A stretch of 64,000 nt of DNA from an uncultured Pelagibacteraceae bacterium. GTDB taxonomy: Bacteria; Pseudomonadota; Alphaproteobacteria; Pelagibacterales; AG-422-B15. This document shows, piece after piece, positions 49,170-59,639 of the stretch. The DNA lies in the NCBI GenBank assembly GCA_902610585.1, contig CACLWE010000006.1, positions 9,378 through 73,377 of the forward strand, in the 5' to 3' direction. The notes under the pieces were generated by a model. It saw only the letters and a list, made by a program, of their open reading frames with translations, had not been told where the DNA came from and ran no database searches. Position 1 is the stretch's first letter. Each line of letters starts with the position of its first letter. The translations under genes and the position numbers were made by a program.

Positions 49170-50093
49170 ATGGTTAAGAATATTTTGGTAATTAAGCACG
49201 GTTCTTTTGGAGATATTATTCAAATAAATGGATGTTTGAAAGATATTCGAGAGCATTACTCAAAACATAAAATATATATCTTAACTACACCGGCATTTAA
49301 TAATTATTTTGGTAAGTGCCCTTTTATTGATGAAGTAATTTTAGATAAGAGGAAGTCTCGATGGAATTTAATCTACCTATATCAATTGAAGAAATTTTTC
49401 ACCAAATATAAATTTGAAAGAATTTTTGATTTACAAAATTCCCATCGAACTGAATTTTATCGAAAGTATCTATCTTCTTCTGAATGGATCTCTTCAAGGA
49501 CAATGTTAAGACTTAACGAAACAAAAGAAGAATTTGACAAAAAAAGTATTTTAGAAAGATTTAAATTACAATTATCAAGATCAAAAATAGATACGCAGTT
49601 CGCAGAAAAACCCCAAGTTTCTTGGATGATAGATGATGATTTTCATATTTCTTCTGAAATTAAAAAAAATTACATAGTTTTATTTCCTTTTTGTTCTCCA
49701 AAACATAATCAAAAAATCTGGCCTTATTATGAAGAGCTCATTTCAAAGCTTAAATCAAAGTTATTTGAAATGGATATTGTTATTGCTCCAGGACCAGGAG
49801 AAATAAATGCAGCAAGAAAATATAATGTTAAGTTATGTTTACATAACAATCAGCCAACAAATTTTTTTCAATTAGCGAAATTACTTATTGGCGCAAAATA
49901 TGTAATTTCAAATGATACAGGACCTGCACACTTAGCTGCTCACTTAGGATGCAGAGGTTTAGCATTATTTGGTGGTCACACTACACCAGAGAAAGTAAGT
50001 ATTGAAACAGGCAGTTTTTTATCAATTTCTTCCAAAAATATAAGAAATATTAGTATGGAAGAAGTCTTCGATAAAATAGATTCTCATTTATAG
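49170..50093 (+). CDS. glycosyltransferase family 9 (heptosyltransferase-like)
   Basis: IKHGSFGDII near the N-terminus and the NDTGPAHLAA motif. Confidence 0.7.
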   Translation: MVKNILVIKHGSFGDIIQINGCLKDIREHYSKHKIYILTTPAFNNYFGKCPFIDEVILDKRKSRWNLIYLYQLKKFFTKYKFERIFDLQNSHRTEFYRKYLSSSEWISSRTMLRLNETKEEFDKKSILERFKLQLSRSKIDTQFAEKPQVSWMIDDDFHISSEIKKNYIVLFPFCSPKHNQKIWPYYEELISKLKSKLFEMDIVIAPGPGEINAARKYNVKLCLHNNQPTNFFQLAKLLIGAKYVISNDTGPAHLAAHLGCRGLALFGGHTTPEKVSIETGSFLSISSKNIRNISMEEVFDKIDSHL

Positions 50094-50118
50094 ATAGATG
50101 ATATAATACTTAATCCTT

Positions 50119-51858
50119 ATGAGTAACGACGAACCATTTATAAATACTTTAAGACATGATACTGCCCATGTTTTAGCTATGGCTGTACAGGAGTTGTTTC
50201 CTGATACGCAAGTTACGATTGGTCCAGTAATTGAAAATGGTTTTTATTATGATTTTGATAGAAAAGAGCCGTTTACCGAAAAAGATCTTGGAACTATTGA
50301 AAAGAAAATGAAAGAGATTGTTAATCGTGACGAAAAGACTTCATTCAAAGTAATGAGCAGGGAAGATGCGATTAAGCTATTTTCTGATAAGGGAGAGAAC
50401 TATAAGGTAGAGATTATTAAGGACTTACCTGAGAGTGAAGAACTTAAAGTATACTATCACGGTGACTGGTTTGATCTTTGCAAGGGGCCTCATCTAGAAT
50501 CAACAGGTAAAATTGGAAAAGCATTTAAATTGACTAAAGTAGCAGGTGCTTATTGGCGTGGAGATTCAAACAACCCTATGCTTCAAAGAATTTATGGAAC
50601 TGCTTGGGAGTCTCAGGAAGAACTAGATAATCATTTAAACATACTTAAAGAAGCTGAAAAAAGAGACCACAGGAAACTTGGAAGAGAATTAGATTTATTT
50701 CATTTTCAAGAGGAAGCTCAAGGTTCAGTTTTCTGGCATAACAATGGTTGGACTTTGTTTAGGACACTTATTGATTATATGCGTCAGCGACAAGAAGAGG
50801 CTGGGTATGAAGAAATTAATACACCAGATATAATGGATAAGTCCTTATGGGTAAAATCAGGGCATCTCGAAAAATTTGGTGACAATATGTTTACTACTGA
50901 ACCAAGAGAAGATCGAGTATATGCTCTGAAGCCAATGAATTGTCCTGGAGGGGTACAAGTTTATAAACAAGGACTTAAAAGTTACAGAGATCTTCCCTTG
51001 AGAGTTGCTGAGTTTGGAAAAGTTCACAGATATGAGCCATCGGGTGCTCTTCATGGTTTAATGAGAGTCAGGGCATTTACACAAGATGATGCACATATAT
51101 TTTGTACTGAAGACCAAATTACCGAAGAAAGCAAAAAGGTATGCGATCTAGTTTTAAGTATTTATAAAGATTTCGGATTTGAAAATGTATCAATTAAATT
51201 TTCTGACCGTCCTGAAAAAAGAGTCGGCAATGATGATGTATGGGACAAATCTGAGGCTGCTCTTCGTGAGGCAATGGAAGCCACAGGGTTAGAATATACT
51301 TTAAATCCAGGTGAAGGAGCATTTTATGGTCCGAAACTAGAATTTATTCTCAAAGATGCAATTGGAAGAGAATGGCAGTGTGGAACGTTGCAAGTTGATC
51401 TAAATTTACCTGAAAGACTTGATGCTACTTATGTAGGCGAAGACGGTTTAAAGCACAATCCGGTTATGTTACACAGAGCATTATTTGGATCTTTAGAGCG
51501 TTTTATTGGAATTTTAATAGAGCATTACGCTGGTAATTTACCAATTTGGTTGTCACCAGTTCAGGCTGTGGTAGCGCCGATTACTTCTGACATAAACGAA
51601 TATGCAGAGAGTGTTTTTTCATCTCTTAAAAATAATGGTATTAGAGTTGAAAAGGACTTAAGAAATGAGAAGATAAGCTATAAAATTAGAGAAAATTCTC
51701 TAAAAAAAATACCTTATCAATTGATCCTAGGTAAGAATGAAATGGAAGACAATACTGTAACATTGAGGGAGTTTGGTAATGACAAGCAAGAAAAAATTAA
51801 ATTTGAAAAATTAAATGATTTTTTTCAAAAAAAATGTATGATGCCGTCTCATCAATAG
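50119..51858 (+). CDS. thrS: threonine--tRNA ligase lacking the N-terminal TGS domain
   Basis: Starts at the editing (N2) domain ([13 protein letters not shown]). Class-II motifs and an anticodon-binding domain are present. 579 aa, against roughly 640 aa for canonical bacterial ThrRS. Confidence 0.9.
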   Translation: MSNDEPFINTLRHDTAHVLAMAVQELFPDTQVTIGPVIENGFYYDFDRKEPFTEKDLGTIEKKMKEIVNRDEKTSFKVMSREDAIKLFSDKGENYKVEIIKDLPESEELKVYYHGDWFDLCKGPHLESTGKIGKAFKLTKVAGAYWRGDSNNPMLQRIYGTAWESQEELDNHLNILKEAEKRDHRKLGRELDLFHFQEEAQGSVFWHNNGWTLFRTLIDYMRQRQEEAGYEEINTPDIMDKSLWVKSGHLEKFGDNMFTTEPREDRVYALKPMNCPGGVQVYKQGLKSYRDLPLRVAEFGKVHRYEPSGALHGLMRVRAFTQDDAHIFCTEDQITEESKKVCDLVLSIYKDFGFENVSIKFSDRPEKRVGNDDVWDKSEAALREAMEATGLEYTLNPGEGAFYGPKLEFILKDAIGREWQCGTLQVDLNLPERLDATYVGEDGLKHNPVMLHRALFGSLERFIGILIEHYAGNLPIWLSPVQAVVAPITSDINEYAESVFSSLKNNGIRVEKDLRNEKISYKIRENSLKKIPYQLILGKNEMEDNTVTLREFGNDKQEKIKFEKLNDFFQKKCMMPSHQ

Positions 51859-51873
51859 ACAAAGGAGATTAAA

Positions 51874-52422
51874 ATAGCACTTCAAAGAAAAAATAATAGA
51901 GCCCAGCTATCTACTAAAGGTCCAAAGTTTCGTATAAACGAATTTATAACTTCTTCCACTGTAAGATTAATTGATGAAAAAGGTAACAACTTAGGGGTTG
52001 TTAATACTGATGAGGCGATGCTAAAAGCTTCAGATGCAGGCCTTGATTTAGTTGAAGTATCACCACAAGTTGACCCCCCTGTGTGCAAAATTCTTGATTT
52101 TGGTAAATTTAAATATGAGGCTCAAAAAAAAGCTAGTACCTCCAAGAAAAAACAAAAAGAAATTACAATTAAAGAAATTAAGATGAGACCGGGAATTGAT
52201 GTTCACGATTACGACTTCAAGGTAAAGGCTGCTCAAAAATTTATCGCTGCAGGCGATAAAGTAAAATTCACTATCCGATTTAAAGGTAGAGAGTTCGAAC
52301 ATCATGATATTGCTGAAAATTTGATGGAAAGAATTCGAGAAACAATGGGTACGACAAGTAAAATCGAGCAAGAGCCAAAACTTGAAGGTCGCCAATTTAC
52401 CATGATTTTCACTGCAAATTAG
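51874..52422 (+). CDS. infC: translation initiation factor IF-3 with a non-AUG start (ATA 51874 favoured, ATT 51868 alternative)
   Basis: The frame is open from the thrS stop (TAG 51856-51858). The upstream residues ...GPKFRINEFITSSTVRLIDEKGNNLGVV... form the conserved IF3 N-domain, and there is no in-frame ATG/GTG/TTG before 52018. AAGGAG at 51862-51867 lies 6 nt from the ATA. Confidence 0.85.
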   Translation: MALQRKNNRAQLSTKGPKFRINEFITSSTVRLIDEKGNNLGVVNTDEAMLKASDAGLDLVEVSPQVDPPVCKILDFGKFKYEAQKKASTSKKKQKEITIKEIKMRPGIDVHDYDFKVKAAQKFIAAGDKVKFTIRFKGREFEHHDIAENLMERIRETMGTTSKIEQEPKLEGRQFTMIFTAN

Positions 52423-52500
52423 CAGCAGTAATTAATTCTTATCATTAATAAAAAACTTTTGATTTTTTCTTACCTAGGGTCTATAAACCGTTCATTCAAT

Positions 52501-52698
52501 ATGAGTAAATTAAAAACAAAAAAAGGCGCTAATAAGAGATTTAGGCTTACAGCTTCAGGTAAAGTTAAATCATATCAAAGTGGAAAAAGACACGGTATGA
52601 TTAAAAGAACGAATAATCAGATAAGAAATCAAAGAGGTTCTACAATTTTATCTGACCAAGATGCCCGAATAGTTAAAAAGTTTTTACCCTACGCTTAA
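52501..52698 (+). CDS. rpmI: 50S ribosomal protein L35
   Basis: [23 protein letters not shown]...; 65 aa. The TTG start at 52459 is an over-extension. Confidence 0.9.
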   Translation: MSKLKTKKGANKRFRLTASGKVKSYQSGKRHGMIKRTNNQIRNQRGSTILSDQDARIVKKFLPYA

Positions 52699-52714
52699 TA
52701 AATAGGAAAATATA

Positions 52715-53071
52715 ATGGCAAGAGTTAAAAGAGGAGTTACTGCACACGCAAGACATAAAAAAGTAATTAAGCAAGCCAAAGGATATAGAGGCAGAAGAAA
52801 GAATACTTTTAAAGTCGCAAAGCAAGCTGTAGAAAAATCAATGCAGTATGCCTATCGTGATCGAAGAGTAAAAAAAAGAGAGTTTAGATCACTTTGGACC
52901 CAAAGGATAAATGCTGGAGCTAGATTACATGGAATTTCTTATTCAGTTTTCATGAATGGTCTAAAAAAATTAAACATCGAATTAGATCGTAAAATTTTAG
53001 CTGATCTCGCCATGAATGAACCTACTTCTTTTGAGCATTTAGCAAAACAGGTTCAGTCCTCAGCCAAATAA
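52715..53071 (+). CDS. rplT: 50S ribosomal protein L20
   Basis: [16 protein letters not shown]... start, 118 aa. Confidence 0.95.
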   Translation: MARVKRGVTAHARHKKVIKQAKGYRGRRKNTFKVAKQAVEKSMQYAYRDRRVKKREFRSLWTQRINAGARLHGISYSVFMNGLKKLNIELDRKILADLAMNEPTSFEHLAKQVQSSAK

Positions 53072-53142
53072 TTCAGTTGGTATCATATTCTCAAGCATAT
53101 TATTATTACAGAAAAAACTAAATCTGATATTGTTGTTCTACG

Positions 53143-54213
53143 ATGAAAGATTTTAGAGAGTTAGAAACTGAAATTAAAAAAGCTTCAGATAAATTTACAA
53201 ATATCGAAAGCATAAATGAATTTAGAATAAAATTTCTTGGTAAGAAAGGTATTATTTCTCTCGAAATGAAAGGGCTAGCCAGTCTTTCTGGAGATGAAAG
53301 AAAGCAGCATGCTGAAAAATTAAATAAAATTAAAGACACTGTTCTTGAAATAATAGCTTCAAAGACTGAAGAGTTAAATAGCGAGGAATTAGAAAAAAAA
53401 CTTAACTCTGAAACTTTAGATATCACTCTATCTACTTCAAAGTCATACGGAACTATTCACCCAATCAGTCAGGTTATAGAGGAAGTTATAACTATATTTG
53501 GCGATTTAAATTTTTTTGTTGCTGAAGGACCTGAAGTTGAAACTGATTACAATAATTTTACTGCTTTAAATACTTCTGAACACCACCCTGCACGACAAAT
53601 GCATGATACTTTTTATGTTGAAACTGAGACTGACGGAATGCCAAATGTTCTGCGAACTCATACCTCGCCAGTTCAAATAAGAAGTATGTTAAAGCAAAAA
53701 CCACCAATTCGATTAATTGCTCCCGGAAAAACGTTTAGATGTGATAATGATCAAACGCACTCTCCTATGTTCCATCAAGTTGAGGGTTTAGTAATAGATC
53801 AAGAAAGCAACATGAGCCACCTCAAAGGATGTTTAGAAATATTCCTCAAGACTTTTTTTGAGACTGATAAATTAAATATGAGATTTCGACCTAGTCATTT
53901 CCCCTTTACTGAACCATCTGCAGAAGTTGATATTGGATACACTAAGAAAGGAAATCAAATAATTATTGGAGAGGGTGAGGATTGGTTGGAAATTTTAGGG
54001 TGTGGAATGGTTCATCCAAACGTGCTTGAAAATGTAAATATCAATTCAAATGAATATCAAGGTTATGCATTTGGTATGGGTATAGAGAGGCTTGCAATGC
54101 TCAAATACGGAATTAGTGATTTAAGAACTTTCTTTGATAGTGATCTTAGATGGAATAAGCATTATGGCTTTTCACCTTTGAACATACCTTCGATCATAGG
54201 AGACTTAAGCTAG
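53143..54213 (+). CDS. pheS: phenylalanine--tRNA ligase alpha subunit
   Basis: Class-II motifs (HPARQMHDTFY, FRCDNDQTHSPMFHQVEG, GFAFGMGIERLAML). Confidence 0.95.
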   Translation: MKDFRELETEIKKASDKFTNIESINEFRIKFLGKKGIISLEMKGLASLSGDERKQHAEKLNKIKDTVLEIIASKTEELNSEELEKKLNSETLDITLSTSKSYGTIHPISQVIEEVITIFGDLNFFVAEGPEVETDYNNFTALNTSEHHPARQMHDTFYVETETDGMPNVLRTHTSPVQIRSMLKQKPPIRLIAPGKTFRCDNDQTHSPMFHQVEGLVIDQESNMSHLKGCLEIFLKTFFETDKLNMRFRPSHFPFTEPSAEVDIGYTKKGNQIIIGEGEDWLEILGCGMVHPNVLENVNINSNEYQGYAFGMGIERLAMLKYGISDLRTFFDSDLRWNKHYGFSPLNIPSIIGDLS

Positions 54214-56601
54214 ATGAGATTTAGTTATTCGTGGTTAACTGAGCATCTTAAGACAAATGCTAATTTCGAAGAAATTGAAAAGAAACTCACTTCAATCGGT
54301 CTTGAAGTTGAAGATATTCAAGACACGGGAAAAGCATATCAGGATTTTATTGTTGGACAGGTGCTTGAAGAAAAAAAACACCCAAATGCGGATAAATTAA
54401 AACTATGCAAAGTTGACATTGGCAAGGAAAAAGTTGATGTAGTTTGTGGTGCGCCAAATGTAGAGAAAGGCATGAAGGTGGTTTATGCGCCAGTTGGTTC
54501 AACTATTCCGGTTAATCAAATGAAAATTAAAGCTGCCAAGATTAGAGGAGTAGAATCCTATGGAATGATGTGTTCAGAATATGAACTTGGTATTTCAAAT
54601 GAGCATGATGGAATAATTCGACTTGAGGAAAAAGAAACTATTGGAAGATCTTTTTCAGAGATTTATGGCCTTAATGATATTGTAATAGAAATTGGTATCA
54701 CTCCAAATCGACAAGATTGTCTTGGTGTAAAAGGAATAGCTCGAGATCTTGCTTCAGCTGGCATGGGGGAATTGTTAGAGAGAAAAATATCTGGAGAAAA
54801 AGGCTCCTTTAAATCACCAATTAAAATTGAAATACAAGATAATAAAATATGCTCAGCCTTTGCTGGAAGATATTTTAGAAATGTAAAGAATACTGAAAGC
54901 CCGGAATGGCTTAAAAATAAACTTAAGTCAATAGGTTTAAGGCCAATATCTGCGTTGGTAGATATAACTAATTTTGTAATGTATGACGAGAACCGGCCAC
55001 TTCACGTTTACGATGCAGACAAAATAGATGGCAAAATTATAGTACGCTCAGCAAATGATGGAGAAAGTTTCCTAGCGCTAGATGAAAAAGATTATCACCT
55101 AAAAAATGGTATGTGCGTAATAGCTGATGAAAAAAAAGTACTAGGCTTAGGGGGGATCATGGGAGGCGAAAGTACAGGTTGCAGCACTGAGACAAAGAAC
55201 GTTTTACTTGAGTCAGCCTTATTTGATGAGATTAATACAGCCAAGACGGGTAGAAACTTGTCAATTCTCAGTGATGCAAGATATCGTTTTGAAAGAGGCA
55301 TTGATCCAAATTCAACTTTAAAAGGGATAGACCTAGCAACACAATTAATTCTTGAAATATGTGGCGGTGAGTGCAGTGAGGTTGAGCTGGCTGGAAATAT
55401 AAAAGAAAATAAAAATGAAGTGTCAACTTCTAGTGGTTATATTTCAAGAAGACTAGGTTTTGAAGTGTCTGACAAAGAATTGATATCAATACTTAGTTCT
55501 TTAGGAATTGAAACGAGCCAAACAGGTGATGTTATTAAATGTTTAATACCTTCTTGGAGACAAGATATTCACGGAGAAGCTGACATAAGCGAAGAAGTTA
55601 TTCGTATTAAAGGATATGAAAATATTCCGACAAGTAATATTAGACTAAAAAGTAAAATTAATAAAAATATCTTAAATTACGCACAAAAGAAGTTGATGAA
55701 AGCTAGACACTTCATTGCTTCAATTGAATATGATGAATTAGTAACATTTTCATTCACAGACTCAAAAAATTGTGAAGTATTTGGCGATATAAATAAATTA
55801 AAAATTGTAAATCCAATATCAGAGGATCTTGATATATTAAGACCTAATCTTCTACCTAATCTTCTTCAAGCAATTAAAAAAAACAAGAATAGAAACTTTG
55901 ACTCATTCTCGATCTTTGAGATAGGTAGTCAGTACAGATCAACATCTCCCGAGGATCAATTGAACGTTGCATGTGGAATTAAATCTGGAATTAAGACAGA
56001 AAAGTCTTGGAAGAATATACAGACGGAATTTGATATATATGACGTTAAACAGGATTTGACTTCCTTAATTGACTATTTAATGCCAGGTAACAAAAAAATA
56101 TCTGTCTCTAATGACTGTCCTTCCTGGTATCATCCTGGAAGATCTGGTTCGATAAAAATTAATAATTCGGTAATTGCTGGATATTTTGGAGAGTTGCATC
56201 CAAGAGTTGCAAGTCAATTTAAGATTAAAAATAAAATAAATATATTTGAGTTATACCTTGATGAACTGCCAAATACAGAAAAGAAAACTACCAACAAGCC
56301 TGTACTTAACTTAAGTGATTTTCAGATTGTCACAAGAGACTTTGCCTTTGTTATTGATAAAAAAGTAAAAAGCGAAGAAATTGTTACTTCGGCCTTTAAG
56401 GTAGATAAGGAATTAATTAGAAATGTTGAAATCTTTGATTTATTTGAAGATGATAATCTGGGAAAAGATAAAAAGTCTATTGCTATTAAGGTTACATTAC
56501 AATCTAACGAAAAAACTCTTGCCGAAAATGACATTTCTGAAATAAGTTCAAAAATAATTGAGTCTGTGGAAAAGTCTACTTCCGGAACTGTTAGATCCTA
56601 A
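54214..56601 (+). CDS. pheT: phenylalanine--tRNA ligase beta subunit
   Basis: 795 aa. MRFSYSWL start, tRNA-binding domain (KHPNADKLKLCKVD), and B3/4, B5 and FDX-ACB domains. Confidence 0.95.
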   Translation: MRFSYSWLTEHLKTNANFEEIEKKLTSIGLEVEDIQDTGKAYQDFIVGQVLEEKKHPNADKLKLCKVDIGKEKVDVVCGAPNVEKGMKVVYAPVGSTIPVNQMKIKAAKIRGVESYGMMCSEYELGISNEHDGIIRLEEKETIGRSFSEIYGLNDIVIEIGITPNRQDCLGVKGIARDLASAGMGELLERKISGEKGSFKSPIKIEIQDNKICSAFAGRYFRNVKNTESPEWLKNKLKSIGLRPISALVDITNFVMYDENRPLHVYDADKIDGKIIVRSANDGESFLALDEKDYHLKNGMCVIADEKKVLGLGGIMGGESTGCSTETKNVLLESALFDEINTAKTGRNLSILSDARYRFERGIDPNSTLKGIDLATQLILEICGGECSEVELAGNIKENKNEVSTSSGYISRRLGFEVSDKELISILSSLGIETSQTGDVIKCLIPSWRQDIHGEADISEEVIRIKGYENIPTSNIRLKSKINKNILNYAQKKLMKARHFIASIEYDELVTFSFTDSKNCEVFGDINKLKIVNPISEDLDILRPNLLPNLLQAIKKNKNRNFDSFSIFEIGSQYRSTSPEDQLNVACGIKSGIKTEKSWKNIQTEFDIYDVKQDLTSLIDYLMPGNKKISVSNDCPSWYHPGRSGSIKINNSVIAGYFGELHPRVASQFKIKNKINIFELYLDELPNTEKKTTNKPVLNLSDFQIVTRDFAFVIDKKVKSEEIVTSAFKVDKELIRNVEIFDLFEDDNLGKDKKSIAIKVTLQSNEKTLAENDISEISSKIIESVEKSTSGTVRS

Positions 56602-56613
56602 ATTAAAAATATT

Positions 56614-58413
56614 ATGACTGGCACTAAAAACATAAGAAATTTTTCTATTATCGCTCATATTGATCATGGTAAATCTACTTTAGCTGACAGATTGATTCAA
56701 TTTTGTGGAGGGCTTTCTGAAAGAGAAATGAAAGCACAGGTACTTGACTCAATGGATATTGAAAGAGAACGTGGAATAACAATCAAGGCTCAAACTGTAC
56801 AATTAAAATACAAAGCAAAAAATGGTGAAACGTACACACTTAATATTATTGATACGCCTGGCCATGTTGACTTCAGTTATGAAGTTAACAGATCATTATC
56901 TGCTTGTGAGGGATCGCTATTGGTTGTTGATGCAAGTCAGGGTGTTGAAGCTCAAACATTAGCTAATTTATATCAAGCAGTAGAAAATGATCATGTAATT
57001 ATACCCGTTTTAAATAAAATAGATTTACCAGCAGCGGATCCCGAGAGAGTAAAAAAACAGATAGAAGATATTTTAGGTATTGATACCAGTAATGTAATTG
57101 AAATTTCTGCTAAATCAGGCCTCGGCATTGAAGAAGTCTTAGAAAATATTGTAAACGAATTACCATCTCCTGTAGGTGATGAAAGTAAACAATTAAAAGC
57201 AATGCTAGTAGATAGTTGGTATGATGCCTACCTGGGTGTTGTGATATTGGTTCGTGTGATAGATGGAGTTCTAAAAAAGGGTATGGAGGTTCGTTTTCAT
57301 CAAACTAATACAAAACATTTAATAGAGAGAATTGGTTGTTTTACACCAAAAATGGTAGATAACGAGCTTATCAATGCTGGTGAATTAGGTTTTATAACAG
57401 CTGCAATTAAAGAAGTAGCTCAAACTAAGGTTGGGGATACAATACTACTAGCTAACGATAAACAAACAGAGCCTTTACCTGGCTTCAAGCCAAGTCAGCC
57501 GGTAGTATTTTGTGGATTATTTCCAACAAATGCTGCTGATTTTAAATTCTTAAAAGATGCATTAGCCAAGTTAAAGCTTAACGACTCTAGTTTTCATTTC
57601 GAACAAGAAACCTCAGCGGCTCTTGGAATGGGTTTTAGATGTGGTTTTCTTGGATTATTACATTTAGAAATTATTGTTGAAAGACTTGATAGAGAGTTCA
57701 ATTTAGATCTTATAACTACAGCTCCAAGTGTTATTTATAATTTAGTATTAAATGATGGAAGCTCACTTGAATTACATAACCCAGCAGATATGCCTGAGGT
57801 TATGAAAATTAAAAGTATTTCTGAACCTTGGATTAAAGCAACAATTATTTGTCCTGATGAATATTTAGGTAGCATCATATCTCTCTGTGAAGATAAGAGA
57901 GGAATGCAAACAGAATTATCTTATTCTGGATCAAGAGTAATTTTAAATTATAAGTTACCTCTAAATGAAATTGTTTTTGATTTTTATGATCGCTTAAAGT
58001 CAATTTCTAGTGGATATGCAAGTTTTGATTATGAAATTGATGAGTATATTGAAAGTGATTTGGTAAGACTTAGTATATTAGTAAATGATGAGTCAGTAGA
58101 TGCTCTGTCAATTATTGTTCACAGAAGTTTTTCTGAAAAAAAAGGTCGCGCTGTTTGCGAAAAACTAAAAGAATTAATTCCTCGTCATCAATTCCATATT
58201 CCAATTCAAGCAGCAATTGGCGGAAAAATTATTGCCCGCGAAACTGTCAGAGGATATCGAAAAAATGTTATTGAAAGAATACATGGTGGCGGTGCTACTG
58301 ATAGAAAAAGAAAATTACTTGATAAGCAGAAAAAAGGAAAACAGAGACTTAGAACTTACGGTAAGGTCGATATCCCACAAGAAGCCTTTATCGCTGCTTT
58401 AAAAGTTGAATAA
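56614..58413 (+). CDS. lepA: translation elongation factor 4
   Basis: [24 protein letters not shown] and NKIDLP motifs, plus a LepA C-terminal domain. 599 aa. Confidence 0.95.
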   Translation: MTGTKNIRNFSIIAHIDHGKSTLADRLIQFCGGLSEREMKAQVLDSMDIERERGITIKAQTVQLKYKAKNGETYTLNIIDTPGHVDFSYEVNRSLSACEGSLLVVDASQGVEAQTLANLYQAVENDHVIIPVLNKIDLPAADPERVKKQIEDILGIDTSNVIEISAKSGLGIEEVLENIVNELPSPVGDESKQLKAMLVDSWYDAYLGVVILVRVIDGVLKKGMEVRFHQTNTKHLIERIGCFTPKMVDNELINAGELGFITAAIKEVAQTKVGDTILLANDKQTEPLPGFKPSQPVVFCGLFPTNAADFKFLKDALAKLKLNDSSFHFEQETSAALGMGFRCGFLGLLHLEIIVERLDREFNLDLITTAPSVIYNLVLNDGSSLELHNPADMPEVMKIKSISEPWIKATIICPDEYLGSIISLCEDKRGMQTELSYSGSRVILNYKLPLNEIVFDFYDRLKSISSGYASFDYEIDEYIESDLVRLSILVNDESVDALSIIVHRSFSEKKGRAVCEKLKELIPRHQFHIPIQAAIGGKIIARETVRGYRKNVIERIHGGGATDRKRKLLDKQKKGKQRLRTYGKVDIPQEAFIAALKVE

Positions 58414-58503
58414 GGAAAGGTGGCCGAGTGGTTGAAGGCGCACGCTTGGAAAGCGTGTATGCGGGTGACCGTATCGTGGGTTCGAATCCCATCCTTTCCG
58501 CCA
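58414..58503 (+). tRNA. tRNA-Ser (anticodon GGA)
   Basis: Hand-folded. Acceptor GGAAAGG/CCTTTCC. Anticodon stem CACGC/GCGTG with loop TTGGAAA. Long variable arm. T-arm GTGGG-TTCGAAT-CCCAT. Encoded CCA. It starts on the base after the lepA TAA. Confidence 0.9.
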
Positions 58504-58543
58504 TTTTAAATCTATTTTCATTGAAAAATTTTTATATAATCTG

Positions 58544-59566
58544 ATGGCTATGAATTTAGATAAATTTGAGAAATATCCACTTACTTATGGACCGACTCCA
58601 ATTGAGTATCTGCCGCGTTTGACTGAAGCGATAGGCGCTGATGTTGAGATATATGCAAAGAGAGATGACTGTAATTCAGGTTTGGCTATGGGTGGAAATA
58701 AACTAAGAAAACTAGAATATATTGTTCCAGATGCTATTGCCTCTGGAGCTGACACATTAGTTTCTATTGGCGGTGTTCAATCTAACCATACTAGAATGGT
58801 AGCTGCAACTGCTGCAAAAATTGGAATGAAGTGTGTAGTTGTTCAAGAAAGTTGGGTTCCTCATGAAGATGCAGTTTACGATCGTGTTGGTAATATTTTA
58901 ATGACGCGTTTGATGGGAGCAGATAGCAGGTTAGTACCTGACGGTTTTGATATTGGGATTAGAAAAAGTTGGGAAGACGCAATTCAATCAGTGAAAGATA
59001 GTGGTGGTAAGCCTTATGCAATTCCAGCCGGGGCATCTGTGCATAAATATGGTGGACTGGGATACGTAGGATTTGCTGAAGAAGTTCGAATGCAAGAAAA
59101 AGAGTTGTCATTAAAATTTGATTACATCATTGTGTGTGTAGTTACTGGTTCAACTCAGGCAGGGATGATCGTTGGGTTCGCAGAAGATGACCGTGCACAC
59201 AGAGTCATAGGTATTGATGGATCGGGTACACCAGATAAATTAGTCAAGCAAGTAAGAGAAATTGTAGATAATACAGTTGATTTAGTTGAACTTGGAAGAA
59301 CAATTAGAGATGATGAAATAATAATAATTCCTGACTATGCATATCCAGCATACGGAGTTCCGAGTGAAGAAACTAATGAGGCTATTCGTATGGCAGCAAA
59401 AACTGAAGCCATGATTACCGATCCTGTTTATGAGGGCAAATCTATGCAAGGAATGATTGATTTAGCCAGGAAAGGTTACTTTAAAAAAGGATCTAAAATA
59501 CTCTATGCTCATCTTGGCGGAGTTCCAGCTATTAATGGCTACTCATATACCTACCGTAATGGATAA
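58544..59566 (+). CDS. acdS: 1-aminocyclopropane-1-carboxylate deaminase / D-cysteine desulfhydrase family PLP enzyme (ACC-deaminase-like)
   Basis: It matches the AcdS sequence as I recall it along the whole length ([65 protein letters not shown]). The true start may be the ATG at 58550. Confidence 0.8.
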   Translation: MAMNLDKFEKYPLTYGPTPIEYLPRLTEAIGADVEIYAKRDDCNSGLAMGGNKLRKLEYIVPDAIASGADTLVSIGGVQSNHTRMVAATAAKIGMKCVVVQESWVPHEDAVYDRVGNILMTRLMGADSRLVPDGFDIGIRKSWEDAIQSVKDSGGKPYAIPAGASVHKYGGLGYVGFAEEVRMQEKELSLKFDYIIVCVVTGSTQAGMIVGFAEDDRAHRVIGIDGSGTPDKLVKQVREIVDNTVDLVELGRTIRDDEIIIIPDYAYPAYGVPSEETNEAIRMAAKTEAMITDPVYEGKSMQGMIDLARKGYFKKGSKILYAHLGGVPAINGYSYTYRNG

Positions 59567-59572
59567 ATACAT

Positions 59573-59629
59573 CTAAAGTCCACCGGTAATTAGACTTATC
59601 ATTCCAAGTACAAGCCATAAGACAACCAT
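59573..59629 (-). other. 18-codon mini-ORF (MVVLWLVLGMISLITGGL), a duplicated 3' end of the small membrane-protein gene at 61472..61636
   Basis: Hand translation. It matches the C-terminus MLILWLVLGMVGLITGGL of the 54-aa ORF. Six consecutive codons differ only synonymously. An in-frame TAA lies 2 codons upstream of the ATG. Confidence 0.3.
59600..59622. repeat. direct repeat copy A (CATTCCAAGTACAAGCCATAAGA), downstream flank of ggt
   Basis: 23/23 identical to 61499..61521. Weaker similarity extends to about 59573-59636. Confidence 0.85.
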
Positions 59630-59639
59630 TGTTTTTTAG

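Noticed and set aside
51882-52395. Minus-strand ORFs 51882..52088 and 52060..52395, and the truncated plus-strand infC call starting at 52018.
   Set aside because: The plus frame encodes conserved IF3 sequence throughout and extends upstream to a non-AUG start. The minus-strand ORFs are shadows.
53118-53426. A 102-aa minus-strand ORF spanning the pheS start.
   Set aside because: It overlaps the strongly supported pheS N-terminal coiled-coil region. The translation is S/F/L-rich and looks like a shadow ORF.
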